Counted from the stretch's first letter, positions 1 through 10,487 are shown. The stretch is DNA of 64,000 nt from a bacterium (GCA_963663405.2 CAXXSM010000130.1:96001-160000); one strand, 5' to 3'. Notes: generated by a model from the letters alone, not told the origin. Numbers and translations are program-made.

Positions 1-2
1 CC

Positions 3-1169
3 TGTCTTTCGTCCGCGCTAGCTATCTTTTTAATGGCGTTTCTAGCCAATTATCCGATCGCGCTCGCGCCGGGGATGGGGCATAATGTCTTTTTCTCCTT
101 CATCGTCTGTGGCGCGATGGGGATTCCCTGGCAGACTGCGATGGGCGCTATTCTTATTTCCGGGTGCCTATTTGTGATCCTTGGCGCGTTTGGATTCCGG
201 AAAGCGATTATGGATTGCATTCCCCCAGCGCTGAAGTTTGGAATTGCGGTAGGGATTGGTTTGATGATCGCCCTTCTCGGTTTGGAATGGGCTGGATTAG
301 TGATCAACAGTGAGGCCACTCTCGTCACCGTCGCGACGGATTTGAACGCGCCGCATATTCTTGTATCCGGCGCGGGACTGCTCGTGATTATGATTTTATC
401 CTGCTACAACGTTCGTGGGAGCGTTTTGCTGGGGATGATTGTCTCAGGCGTCCTTGCGTGGTGGTTTGGATTGATCGTGTATGATGGCGCGTTTGCCATG
501 CCGCCGTCTCTTGCGCCGACGTTTTTTCAACTTGATCCGATTGCGGCGTTTAGCACAGGCTTTCTTACGATTATCTTCATCTTTTTCATCCTGGATTTAT
601 TCGACACGATCGCCACATTGGTCGGCGTTGCGGAACTGGGTGGTTTTATGAAGGGGGATGAACTGCCCCGCGCGCGGCAGGCTCTCTTATCCGACGCGAT
701 CGGCACTGTCGGCGGCGCGTGCCTGGGCACATCCACCGTGACGAGCTATGTTGAATCCTGCGCGGGGATCAGCGACGGCGCCCGGACGGGATTGGCGAAC
801 GTTGTGACAGGCTTGCTTTTCCTCGCGGCTCTCTTTACGGAGCCGCTTGTCCGTTTATTGGGTAAAGGACTTCCCGCGGAGACTGGAGGCTTGGTTTATC
901 CTATAATCGCCCCCGCGTTGATCGTTGTCGGATTCCTGATGATGCGCGCTGTCAAACTGATCCCTTGGGATGATTATACCGAAAGCATCCCTGCGTTCAT
1001 CAGTATTGTCTTCATCGCATTCAGTTTTTCCCCCACAGAAGGCATCGCCTTTGGCTTCATCAGCTACACTATCCTCAAACTGACCACCGGCCGCGTCCGG
1101 GACGTGCACCCCTTAATGTGGATTATTTCCCTTGTATTTATCTTCCGGTATTTTTATTTGGCGATGTGA
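3..1169 (+). CDS. NCS2 family (AzgA/PbuG-like) purine permease, 5'-truncated by window edge
   Basis: Motifs YPIALAPGMG, DLFDTIATL, GTSTVTSYVES, GARTGL; many TM segments; frame is open from position 3. Confidence 0.92.
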   Translation, partial: CLSSALAIFLMAFLANYPIALAPGMGHNVFFSFIVCGAMGIPWQTAMGAILISGCLFVILGAFGFRKAIMDCIPPALKFGIAVGIGLMIALLGLEWAGLVINSEATLVTVATDLNAPHILVSGAGLLVIMILSCYNVRGSVLLGMIVSGVLAWWFGLIVYDGAFAMPPSLAPTFFQLDPIAAFSTGFLTIIFIFFILDLFDTIATLVGVAELGGFMKGDELPRARQALLSDAIGTVGGACLGTSTVTSYVESCAGISDGARTGLANVVTGLLFLAALFTEPLVRLLGKGLPAETGGLVYPIIAPALIVVGFLMMRAVKLIPWDDYTESIPAFISIVFIAFSFSPTEGIAFGFISYTILKLTTGRVRDVHPLMWIISLVFIFRYFYLAM

Positions 1170-1218
1170 GCCATATAGCTCCCGTTTTACCGGCCTACCG
1201 ATAATAATTGAATGATTC

Positions 1219-1334
1219 GCTGGGCGCCAAGGGGAAGGCTTTTTTCTCCCCTTGCGTAATTTCTGGAACGTTGGGCCAGGGCAGATGAAAATTAAGGCTC
1301 CGGCGCGAGCGCCGGTACTTGCCCTGGCCACCCG
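1219..1334 (+). repeat. Structured intergenic element, copy A (paralogue at 22907-23027)
   Basis: Hairpin CAAGGGGAAGG..CTCCCCTTG, then stem GGCCAGGGCA..TGCCCTGGCC enclosing CCGGCGCGAGCGCCGG; collinear with copy B. Confidence 0.8.
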
Positions 1335-1398
1335 CCGATTAGGCCTTTTTGTACACAAAAAGTTTTGACACTACTTTTAATGCCCCTAGGAGGCGCCA

Positions 1399-3909
1399 AT
1401 GGTGAAAAAACTTCTTTTTTATATGGGGCTTATGATGGTCGTGATTCTGGCCGTGGAAATAGTCTCTTTACTGTATGGTTTTTGCATTACCAATCATTTA
1501 TTCTCTTATTCTCATTTCAATCAACAGAAAAAAGACGTCATTCAAGAAATCATAAATGAACATAATATGGTGGATGAGGAAGGGAATATCAATCTCGTCC
1601 ATATAAACTGCGTTCCCCATCCATATTTTGGTTATGTATTAGATCCAACGATTATACTTCCTGAAGAGGATCGGCGCTTATTTAATTTGTATCATTACGA
1701 TGATTTCATTATTCCGTGGAGAAGCAAAGATCGTATTGTAATCTTAGTCATGGGTGGATCGGTGGCATGGGATTTCGCGTCCAAAGGGTTGAAGCGTTTT
1801 TTAGAGCTGTTGAAACAATATCCTCAATTTAAAAACAAAGAAATTCTGGTCTTTCGATCCTGCTTCGGAGGATATAAACAACCACAGCAACTTCTTATTT
1901 TGAATTACTTGATATCCTTGGGAGGCTATTATGATGTTGTAATCAATATTGATGGATTCAATGAAATCGCTTTGTCCTTGGGTGAAAACGTTCCCAATGG
2001 CGTAAATCCTTTTTACCCCCGGCGATGGGATCTTTTAATGCCGGACACCGCGAATCCGCAATTTCTTAAACGCATCGGCCGAAAAATAGTATTAGAAGAA
2101 AAACGTTTGAGTTGGGCGCGGCTTTTTCATGACACCGTTTTGCGGTATAGCGCTGCGATGAATCTTCTTTGGAGGGTAAACGACAATATTCTTAAACGCC
2201 AAGTGGTAGAAGCGAAACTGGAATTGGCGACGAGTGTGGCGCCAACGATTGACCAGACCGTAAAAGGCCCTCCCGCTCATCCAACTGCTGAACTCGAATT
2301 AATCAATCGTATGGCGAAATTCTGGGCGAATTGTTCCATCCAAATGAATCAGTTATGTGATAGGAATGGGATAGACTATTACCACATCCTGCAGCCCAAT
2401 CAGTATGCTCCCGATAGCAAACCGTTTTCTTCAGAAGAGCAAAGTATTTACCGCAATAATCCCATCTACAAATCCCCCGCCCAGCTGGGGTATCCCCGGT
2501 TGATCGAACGAGGCGGCTATCTGCATGAGCATAATGTGAAATTTTTTGATTTGAGTGGCTTGTTTAAAGATACAAGTGAGACTGTTTATCGAGATGACTG
2601 CTGTCATTACAATGATCTGGGTCAGCGGCTCTTCGGAGAGCGGATCGCAGACATTATCGGCTCGATGTACACGCCTGGAAACGCGCCTGATTCTCCATCG
2701 TTTCGTGAAGAAACAGAAGATCGAGTGATCGTGTCCCAAGGAGCCGGTGGAAGATCCATGTTTGACGTGCGGCTTTTCAATAAGGGCCTGGATTCATGTT
2801 TTTTCGTTCTCAAGAGTCTCAAATCGCGTTTCCCAAATAAACCCGGCGACTTTTGCGGGGCGGTATATGTGGCGGCAGGGGATGTGAATAATGACGGTGT
2901 AGAAGATATTGTAACGACCTTTGGTCCGACGCGGCCTAAACCTCCATTTAGAGTTATAAATTTGTTTGTTGTTCGCGATGGGAAATCGGGAGACTTGATC
3001 AGCCATCCTTTTAACGCTTTTCCACCTAAGAGGTACACAGGAGGCGAGGTTCACTGTGCCGTAGGGGATTTTATCGGCTCACCCACGAAACAGATCGCTT
3101 TTGCGCAGGGTGTAGACGGCGCGAATACTATTTGCTTGTTTCAATATGAAGGAAAACCGCGGCCGTATGGATGGAAACATATTATTAAAGGCGTTAGCGC
3201 GGCTGAAACAGCGCCGTCAACAGAGAGCAAACCGGGTTTAACATTGGCGGCCGGGGATTTGAATGGAGATGGACGTGATGAACTGCTAACGGGCGAGAAT
3301 AACAGTCCTTATTCCACTTGCATGATTTCAGTATTACAATTCAGCGAGGATGGGCGCGTAGCCTCAAGACACTCAATCCAAGCGTTCCCTGCCGCTTATC
3401 AAGGAAACGGGGGAATCAATATAGCCGCCGGTGATTTGAATGGAGACGGGAAACTCGAAATCGTGGCGGCAAGCCAAGGTAATTCCCGAAATCATGGTGA
3501 TGCGCGTGACTCTGCGCCGTATAATTTAATCAGCATAATCGGTATGGAGACGGAAAACGGAAAAATCACGGGATTCAATCAGCCTGTAAATAACGTATTG
3601 AGTGTCTTCCCTGCAGATATAAATCCTTCAGGATGTGTCAATTTAGCGATCGGTGAATTGGATGGTGATCGAACCAACGGGGAAGAACTGATTCTCGGAA
3701 CCGGCGCCATAATCGATGCGGAGGAGACTTCCATGAAGATAATTACTCCGGCTCCACGAGCAAAAATCCGTGTAATTAAAGTTCTCTATTCCGACAATAA
3801 AGTCGAGGGGATTATTGACATCCAGGGAGAAAAAGAGACGTTCTTGGATGCTTTTCGCGAAGATCGCAATCCAGAGAGCGGCGCTGTATATTTGAGTGTT
3901 TTGAAGTAA
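1399..3909 (+). CDS. Membrane-anchored SGNH-like domain fused to FG-GAP/VCBS-type repeats
   Basis: N-terminal TM; GGSVA, DGFNE, DDCCHYN motifs; repeated AAGD[LV]NxDG motifs in the C-terminal half; RBS AGGAGG. Confidence 0.7.
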   Translation: MVKKLLFYMGLMMVVILAVEIVSLLYGFCITNHLFSYSHFNQQKKDVIQEIINEHNMVDEEGNINLVHINCVPHPYFGYVLDPTIILPEEDRRLFNLYHYDDFIIPWRSKDRIVILVMGGSVAWDFASKGLKRFLELLKQYPQFKNKEILVFRSCFGGYKQPQQLLILNYLISLGGYYDVVINIDGFNEIALSLGENVPNGVNPFYPRRWDLLMPDTANPQFLKRIGRKIVLEEKRLSWARLFHDTVLRYSAAMNLLWRVNDNILKRQVVEAKLELATSVAPTIDQTVKGPPAHPTAELELINRMAKFWANCSIQMNQLCDRNGIDYYHILQPNQYAPDSKPFSSEEQSIYRNNPIYKSPAQLGYPRLIERGGYLHEHNVKFFDLSGLFKDTSETVYRDDCCHYNDLGQRLFGERIADIIGSMYTPGNAPDSPSFREETEDRVIVSQGAGGRSMFDVRLFNKGLDSCFFVLKSLKSRFPNKPGDFCGAVYVAAGDVNNDGVEDIVTTFGPTRPKPPFRVINLFVVRDGKSGDLISHPFNAFPPKRYTGGEVHCAVGDFIGSPTKQIAFAQGVDGANTICLFQYEGKPRPYGWKHIIKGVSAAETAPSTESKPGLTLAAGDLNGDGRDELLTGENNSPYSTCMISVLQFSEDGRVASRHSIQAFPAAYQGNGGINIAAGDLNGDGKLEIVAASQGNSRNHGDARDSAPYNLISIIGMETENGKITGFNQPVNNVLSVFPADINPSGCVNLAIGELDGDRTNGEELILGTGAIIDAEETSMKIITPAPRAKIRVIKVLYSDNKVEGIIDIQGEKETFLDAFREDRNPESGAVYLSVLK

Positions 3910-3986
3910 GAGAGAATCGAGACTGCTGAAGGAATCCCGCCGAACGCATTTCCTTCAGTCTTCAACCTTCAGCCTCATCACCTTTT

Positions 3987-5114
3987 CTACAGCGTGTCAA
4001 CAACCGCCCGCATCTCATCTTCCGTCTGGTAGAAATGGGGGGCTAGGCGGATTCTTCCTTCTCTTTCTATGGCTTGGATTTGGTGGGCTTTTAGTTGGTT
4101 GATGATGGTTTCGTTGGAGTGGGTTGGGTGGGTGAAGGTGATGATGCCGGACCATTCATTTCCTGATCGGGGGGAGAGGATTTTGTAGCCTTTTTGTTGG
4201 GCTCCATTAATTAAGATATCTGTGTTGGCGTGGATTCGTTCGGAGACGGTATCCGCTCCCGCTTCTTCGATGAGGCGCAGGGAGGCGTCCAATCCGATCA
4301 GGGGGATCGTGGGCAATGTGCCGTATTCAAAGCGGCTGGTGTCTTGTTTGAGTTTTAAACTGTACCGCAGATAGGGGATAGGCTCTCTCACTGTGTCCGC
4401 GCCGACGCAGGTTACATCCAGCAGGTCTAGATTCTCTTTGGCGCAATAGAAGAATCCGGCTCCTTGGGGGCCCAGCTGCCATTTCTGGGAACCACAGGAC
4501 GCGAATGTGACGCGCGCTTTCTTTAAATCCACCGGGAACGCGCCGAATCCTTGTATCAAGTCCACAAGGAACATCACATTTTTCCGTGCGCAGAGTTCCC
4601 CCACCGCTTCCAAGTCGAACCGGAAGCCGCTGGCGAATTCCACTTGGCTTAGTGTTAAGAGGCGGGTGTTGGGCGTCAGGGCTTCGTTGATCTGTTCGAG
4701 GGTGACGCGGTCCTCTTGGGGTTGGATCAGGTGAAAGATGATGCCTTTCTGCCGCAAGCGCATCCACGGGTAGATGTTGGCTGGATATTCACCCCGGATG
4801 GAGACGATCCGGTCGTTCGCGCGCCAATCAATACCGCTGGCCACCCAATTCAAACCTTCGGTGGTGTTGTGACTGAACGCGATCTCATCGGGGGAGACAT
4901 GAGTCATACGGGCGATGGTCTGACGGCAAGCCTGGATTTTTTCTTTAATAATAGGCCAGGAATCCGGTGGGAACGTGTGGTTGAGTTCGATGATTTCATT
5001 CATCGCTTCCACCGTGCGCCGGGGGATGGGGGATACGCCCGCATGGTTCAAGAAGATCGTCTTTTGTTGGGAAGAGGCGAATTCATTCCGAATTGTGTCC
5101 AGGTTTACTGCCAT
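3987..5114 (-). CDS. Aminotransferase class V PLP-dependent enzyme
   Basis: FLNHAGVSP, NTTEGL, DLIQG, GSQKWQLGP (PLP Lys), RFEYGT; start placed at ATG 5114 after a GGAGA RBS. Confidence 0.88.
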   Translation of the reverse strand: MAVNLDTIRNEFASSQQKTIFLNHAGVSPIPRRTVEAMNEIIELNHTFPPDSWPIIKEKIQACRQTIARMTHVSPDEIAFSHNTTEGLNWVASGIDWRANDRIVSIRGEYPANIYPWMRLRQKGIIFHLIQPQEDRVTLEQINEALTPNTRLLTLSQVEFASGFRFDLEAVGELCARKNVMFLVDLIQGFGAFPVDLKKARVTFASCGSQKWQLGPQGAGFFYCAKENLDLLDVTCVGADTVREPIPYLRYSLKLKQDTSRFEYGTLPTIPLIGLDASLRLIEEAGADTVSERIHANTDILINGAQQKGYKILSPRSGNEWSGIITFTHPTHSNETIINQLKAHQIQAIEREGRIRLAPHFYQTEDEMRAVVDTL

Positions 5115-5353
5115 AAGCCCGTCTCCATAGGCTGTCATGATACGCGATCGCAACGTGAAAATGAGTCGCGGCCGCAGAATGGATCGCGTTTTTATGATCC
5201 ACCGAATACATTATTTAATTCCGGTGGGCCGATAAAGTGTGACCTACCCTACTTGGCTTAAAATCATATTCAGAGATACAAATTTCAGAAGAGTCATAGG
5301 GGAAAATAGAGCGGTATTTTACGGTTTTTATCAATGGGCTCCGTTCTCCTATT

Positions 5354-6064
5354 CTATTTCTTGCCGAAGCGTAATTTAATCAGTTCCCAAAGCATGGATG
5401 GCGCGTCTTTGTGCATGCGTAGGCGGGAATTGGAATTGTCGCTCCAGACGATAGGAATTTCCACGACATTATATCCTTTTAAACGCAGCCGCCATATGAA
5501 TTCAACGTCAAACGCCCAGCCCGTGGATTGAATGCCGTCTTGGACACTGCGGAAAGCGTCTCGGTGAAATGCTTTGGCGCCGCATTGTGTGTCTTTGTAG
5601 GGCATCTGAAATAGGAGCCGGACGATCCCATTGAAGACTCGGCTCGCCGCGCGGCGGAGAACCGGCTGCCGTATCGCTTGCTTACTTTCAGGCAGCCAGC
5701 GGGAGCCGATCGCCGCATCCACTCCACCCTTGACAGCGTCTAGGAGTTTTTTCAATTCTGGGGCGGTTGTTGAATTGTCGGCGTCGGTGAACGCGAGGAG
5801 TTTCGATTCGCAGAGATCGAAGCCTTTAAGCAGCGCGCCCCCTTTTCCCAATTTTTCTTTAAATTCAAAGGCGCGCACGAAACTGATTTGTTGTTCCAGT
5901 TCCTTCGCAATATCGGCTGTCCGATCGTTCGATCCATTCACAACGATCAAGATTTCCGTTTCCCCTGGATTTGGCTCTTTTTGGAAAAACGCCGCGTATT
6001 CTTCAACGGTTTTCTGGATACGGGCTTCTTCGTTGTACGCGGGGATAATGATGGAACAGTTCAT
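5354..6064 (-). CDS. Glycosyltransferase family 2, dolichyl-phosphate glucosyltransferase-like
   Basis: IIIPAYNEE, GKGGA, FTDAD, GSR, DTQCGAKAF, WAFDVE. Confidence 0.9.
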   Translation of the reverse strand: MNCSIIIPAYNEEARIQKTVEEYAAFFQKEPNPGETEILIVVNGSNDRTADIAKELEQQISFVRAFEFKEKLGKGGALLKGFDLCESKLLAFTDADNSTTAPELKKLLDAVKGGVDAAIGSRWLPESKQAIRQPVLRRAASRVFNGIVRLLFQMPYKDTQCGAKAFHRDAFRSVQDGIQSTGWAFDVEFIWRLRLKGYNVVEIPIVWSDNSNSRLRMHKDAPSMLWELIKLRFGKK

Positions 6065-6147
6065 AGTCTTGGATTTCCAGGGTCTATTTTCACCTTGCAG
6101 GAGCCTTGCCTGCGCCGTATGTGTGAACCGCAGGGGCGGATGGAGAT

Positions 6148-7071
6148 TTACAGATCGAGCGGTTCGAATGAAGTTAAATCACGCAATAGATCCACCCGAT
6201 CCCGAATCGCCTCCCGGTCGACAGCAGCTAGACGGTTCAAACTGAAATCTTCAACGGTGTAGGAAGCGAGAACGGTTCCCATCACGAGAGAACGGCGCAG
6301 GTTTGAGGGATTGAGTTCACCGGTTTTCGCGAGGTAACCCATCATGCCACCAGCGAAGGTGTCTCCAGCGCCGGTAGGATCTTTTGCCGTTCGCAGGGGA
6401 ATCGCGGGGATGGTAAACATCCAGTCCTTCGCAAACAGCGTGGCTCCGTGGCTGCCTTTTTTGATTACAACCACTTTCGGCCCCATGTCTAAAATTGAAT
6501 CGGCGGCGTCGTGGAGATTCGTTTTCTTGGTCAACATCATCGCTTCTCCATCGTTGACCAGCATGATCTGGACGCGGCGAACCACTTGATCGAGAAGTTC
6601 CGGTGTGCCATTGATCCAGAAATTCATTGTATCCGCCGCGACAACGGGATTGCCTTCCATGCGGTTGAGGACATCCAGTTGCAGCTGTGGGTGAATGTTT
6701 CCAAGAAAGAGGAAGGGAATTGAACAATGCGATTCGGGAATTTTGGGGGAGAACTCCCCGAAGACACCCAATTGCGTATCCTCGGTTATGGCGGCGTTCA
6801 TATCGCCTTCATAGTATCCTTTCCAATGGAAGGTTTTTCCAGGCGTGTATTCCAGGCATGTGAGATCAATGTTCTTCGATTCCAACAGTTGGACGTGTTT
6901 TTGAGGGAAGTCATCACCGACGACGCCCACAAGAGCGGGGCTGCAGACCGAACTCGCGGCGCAGGAAGCGTAGATGGCCGTTCCACCGAGCACATTTTCG
7001 ACTTGACCATAGGGAGATCGGACTGTGTCAAGCCCAATGGAACCGACGATTAACAGGGATGAGTCTGTCAT
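6148..7071 (-). CDS. PfkB/ribokinase family sugar or nucleoside kinase
   Basis: GSIGLD, LGG, DTMNFWI, NDGEA, DPTGAGDTFAGG signature. Confidence 0.92.
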   Translation of the reverse strand: MTDSSLLIVGSIGLDTVRSPYGQVENVLGGTAIYASCAASSVCSPALVGVVGDDFPQKHVQLLESKNIDLTCLEYTPGKTFHWKGYYEGDMNAAITEDTQLGVFGEFSPKIPESHCSIPFLFLGNIHPQLQLDVLNRMEGNPVVAADTMNFWINGTPELLDQVVRRVQIMLVNDGEAMMLTKKTNLHDAADSILDMGPKVVVIKKGSHGATLFAKDWMFTIPAIPLRTAKDPTGAGDTFAGGMMGYLAKTGELNPSNLRRSLVMGTVLASYTVEDFSLNRLAAVDREAIRDRVDLLRDLTSFEPLDL

Positions 7072-7169
7072 GGGTACTCCTTTTTGTTAGAATAAAATCC
7101 GGGATTGTACAACGATTCAATGGGATTGAATTCGTATAAACCATTATGGTTTAAGATCACAACCTGCAA

Positions 7170-7227
7170 ATGAAAATGAGTCGCGGGAGAAATCATAAAC
7201 GAGAATGTTTTCTAGACTCATTTTCAT
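7170..7227. repeat. 13-bp inverted repeat whose left arm recurs at 5156-5171
   Basis: ATGAAAATGAGTC (7170-7182) / GACTCATTTTCAT (7215-7227); 16-mer TGAAAATGAGTCGCGG is identical at 5156 and 7171. Confidence 0.65.
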
Positions 7228-7634
7228 ATAAAACGATCGAGTGGCTCTTCGCGGCCGCGTTGTATTGATATCGTTTCGGTATTAACAATCTACGATCGTA
7301 TGAGAGTATTCGAATCGTCATACAGAAATTACTCTTTACAGTATCTTATGCGCGCCAAAATAAACTGAGAAGGGTTTAAGGAACTGGGAGGGTTTTTTTC
7401 CCCTATTTTCATTGAATCGGCGTTCGTTGTATGGCGCGTTAGTATGATGTTATAATAAGTATTATTCTCCAATATCGTGGTGTACAGGGATCTTACGCTA
7501 GACAGAAATGATGAACAGAAGACATAATAGGAATTGATATAATGAAATGGCATATTGTCGAATCTACGGCGATTGTCTTTTCTATTCGATGCTATTATCC
7601 TGTTCGTTTATTGCAAATTGGGAACCCATATAGA

Positions 7635-8936
7635 ATGTCAGACAATTACAAATTAGATTGTATTCATACGAAACAAGATTGGGATCAGTGGCTGCGGAAA
7701 TGCCGCGAGGTGGATCTTCAGCAGACGTGGGAGTACGGGGAGAGTGTGAAGCGTTGTATCGGATGGGAACCGGACCGGCGGTTAGTTCTCGAAGGCGGCG
7801 TTCCCGTGGCGATGGTCCAGACTTTAATCAAAGACGTGCCAATCTTGGGCCGTGTGGCTCGAATGCAGCATGGGCCTCTGTTTCTGGAAAATGAAGAATC
7901 TTTTTCGTCGTCAAGAGCTATTCAGGCGATCGATTTTCTACGCGGGTATTGGGTGGAGGAAGAGAAGGTGATTCTTCATTTAGCCCCTTGTTTGCTTGCG
8001 GGAGATTTACCTGTCGATTGGGCGGAGAAAACCGGTTTTAAATCCACGAATGAACCCGTTTGGGCGTCGATCCGGATGGATCTGCGTCTTGATGAGAAAA
8101 CGTTGCATAGTCATCTGAAACGGAAATGGCGGGCGCCTCTTCAAAAGGCGGAGAAAGCGGGATTGGAGGCGGTCTGGAGCCAGTCCGAATCGGATTTTGA
8201 ATGGACGCTGGAAAAATACCGGCGGCAAACGGTTGAAAAAGGCATTTCCTGGCCGTCGGCTGAGTTGACACAAGGGCTTTGGAATGAAGCCAAAGAATCG
8301 ATGCGGATGGTTTTCGCGGAAAAAGATGGGGAACGTGTCGGTGTCCTGTTGTCGATCGCGTATGTGGATAGCGCGTTTGGATTATTGATTTGGGAAAGCC
8401 CTCATTCGCGGACCTTGCACGCCCATAATTTTTTAGATTGGCGGTCGATCTTGTATTACCAGGAATTGGGGTATCGATGGTTTGATCTGGGGGGGATCGA
8501 TCCAGAAAATCTGCCGGGCATAACGAAGTTCAAACGGGGGACGGGGGGGCAGGAGTATACGCTATCCGGCGCGTTTGAGGCGCGCCCGTCCGGCGCTGGA
8601 ACAGGAAGGATATCCGGCGAGGATGATTTAGGTCATGTGCTGACAGGCTTGCGGCTGCCGGGTCAATCGCAGGAAACGGGCGCTGATGTCGAAGACCAGG
8701 TTGAAGCGCTATTAATCAAGTTTGTCCAAGACACGACGGGATTCAATATTGGGCAGGATACGAGTCAATCGTTGATCGAAAGCGGTCTAATTGATTCGTT
8801 GAGCATCATTAGCCTTGTGCAGGCGCTGCAGGAGACATTTGATATCGAAATCTCGTTTCAAGACTTAACGCTGGAGAATTTTGACCGGCTGCAATTGATA
8901 TGCGAACTGGTGCAAGCGAAAATGGTTAATCGTTGA
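7635..8936 (+). CDS. FemABX-like GNAT aminoacyl/acyl-transferase fused to a C-terminal DltC-like carrier (ACP/PCP) domain
   Basis: LQQTWEYG, HGP, RMDL..KRKWRAPLQKAEK, FDLGGID..GITKFKRGTGG; C-terminal LIESGLIDSLSIISLV..FDIEI with phosphopantetheine-type Ser codon at 8796; start (7635 vs 7542) uncertain. Confidence 0.8.
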   Translation: MSDNYKLDCIHTKQDWDQWLRKCREVDLQQTWEYGESVKRCIGWEPDRRLVLEGGVPVAMVQTLIKDVPILGRVARMQHGPLFLENEESFSSSRAIQAIDFLRGYWVEEEKVILHLAPCLLAGDLPVDWAEKTGFKSTNEPVWASIRMDLRLDEKTLHSHLKRKWRAPLQKAEKAGLEAVWSQSESDFEWTLEKYRRQTVEKGISWPSAELTQGLWNEAKESMRMVFAEKDGERVGVLLSIAYVDSAFGLLIWESPHSRTLHAHNFLDWRSILYYQELGYRWFDLGGIDPENLPGITKFKRGTGGQEYTLSGAFEARPSGAGTGRISGEDDLGHVLTGLRLPGQSQETGADVEDQVEALLIKFVQDTTGFNIGQDTSQSLIESGLIDSLSIISLVQALQETFDIEISFQDLTLENFDRLQLICELVQAKMVNR

Positions 8937-9018
8937 TCCACTACATACATTAATCATTCCCGGTGGATCGATAATGTGCGATCCATGCGGCGTTACTGAA
9001 TTCTGAGATGACGGTGAT

Positions 9019-10461
9019 ATGAATTTTCATTCCTGGTTTTTTGGTTTTTTTTTGATCCTTGTTTATGCGTTGTATTTATCTTTCCGGCGCCAAGGGCAAA
9101 ATCGTTTACTGTTAGTGGCGAGTTATTTTTTTTATAGCGCTTGGGATTGCCGGTTTCTTCTCCTGATTTTCATTACCAGCGTGACGGATTATTTCTGTGG
9201 TTTAAAGATCGCGCAGTCTAAAGAGAAAAAGACGCGGAAGGCGTACTTATTGTTGAGCGCCGGCGTCAATTTATCGATCCTTTTTACGTTTAAGTATTTC
9301 AATTTTTTTCTTGAAAATTTCTACGCGCTCATTGCGCTTTTCCATATTGAAATGCAGGCGCCGGTTTGGAATATCATCCTGCCGGTGGGGATCTCCTTTT
9401 ATACGTTCCAATCAATGAGTTATACCATCGATGTGTACCGGAATCAGTGCAAACCCACACGGAATTTTCTTGATTACGCGTTATTCGTTTCGTTTTTTCC
9501 GCAGCTGGTCGCCGGTCCCATCGAACGCGCCCGGAATCTTCTCCCTCAGTTGCTTTCCCCCCGGATTCTCCAGCGGAAACAGATCTCTGAGGGATTATTT
9601 CTTATTTATTGGGGGCTGTTCAAAAAATTATTCATCGCTGATAACTTGGATGATTTCCTCTTTTTTTTGGGCAGCAAAGGAACCGCGGGAGCCGAAGAAG
9701 GGGGCGCGTTGGTTTTAGTTTCAGCGTATGGGTATTTAATGCAGTTATACTGTGATTTCTCCGCATATTCGGATATCGCCCGTGGGGTAGCGAAACTATT
9801 CGGCATTGAAATCATGGATAATTTTAATGCGCCGTTCTTCGCGTCAAACATTCAAGAGGTTTGGGCGAGGTGGCATATCAGCCTGACCACCTGGATTCGG
9901 GATTATTTATACTACCCATTGGCGTTATTACGCGTCCGGAAAAGACATATCCCACCCAAAGCCGTGATTGTCATCACGTTTGTGATTATGGGGCTTTGGC
10001 ATGGAGCCGCTTGGAATTATATCTTATGGGGACTTTATCACGGACTCGCGCTTGCTGTTTACGCTTCGATCGCGCCTTGGATCAAACGGCGGCGTTTCTC
10101 ATCAGCCCCGCGTTTGCTTCGTATTCTTATACGCGCGCTTTCTGTGACGTTCACGTTCCACATTTCCGTGATCGGAATTCTTCTGTTTCAAGCGGAATCG
10201 CTCGAGCAGATTCTGGTCTGGTTTTCATGTTTATTAACACGCTTTTCTATCCCACCTGGAACGATGGAACTTTTTTCTCTTGTGATTTTGTATACGCTGC
10301 CGCTGTGGATTTTTGATTTTCTCTTATATCGATATAAAAGCCTCGAACGATTGTTTCAATTTCCGGCTGTGGCGCGGTATTGTTTTTTATACATTACGTT
10401 CTTCTTGTTGATGCTCTATGGATCCAAGGCGAAAAGCAGTTTTATTTACTTTCAATTCTAG
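9019..10461 (+). CDS. MBOAT family O-acyltransferase (AlgI/PatA/DltB-like)
   Basis: LPVGISFYTFQSMSY, FFPQLVAGPIER, DFSAYSDIA, RWHISL, GLWHGA (catalytic His), C-terminal FIYFQF. Confidence 0.93.
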   Translation: MNFHSWFFGFFLILVYALYLSFRRQGQNRLLLVASYFFYSAWDCRFLLLIFITSVTDYFCGLKIAQSKEKKTRKAYLLLSAGVNLSILFTFKYFNFFLENFYALIALFHIEMQAPVWNIILPVGISFYTFQSMSYTIDVYRNQCKPTRNFLDYALFVSFFPQLVAGPIERARNLLPQLLSPRILQRKQISEGLFLIYWGLFKKLFIADNLDDFLFFLGSKGTAGAEEGGALVLVSAYGYLMQLYCDFSAYSDIARGVAKLFGIEIMDNFNAPFFASNIQEVWARWHISLTTWIRDYLYYPLALLRVRKRHIPPKAVIVITFVIMGLWHGAAWNYILWGLYHGLALAVYASIAPWIKRRRFSSAPRLLRILIRALSVTFTFHISVIGILLFQAESLEQILVWFSCLLTRFSIPPGTMELFSLVILYTLPLWIFDFLLYRYKSLERLFQFPAVARYCFLYITFFLLMLYGSKAKSSFIYFQF

Positions 10462-10487
10462 CGCGAGGGAAAGGAGACTATGACATC

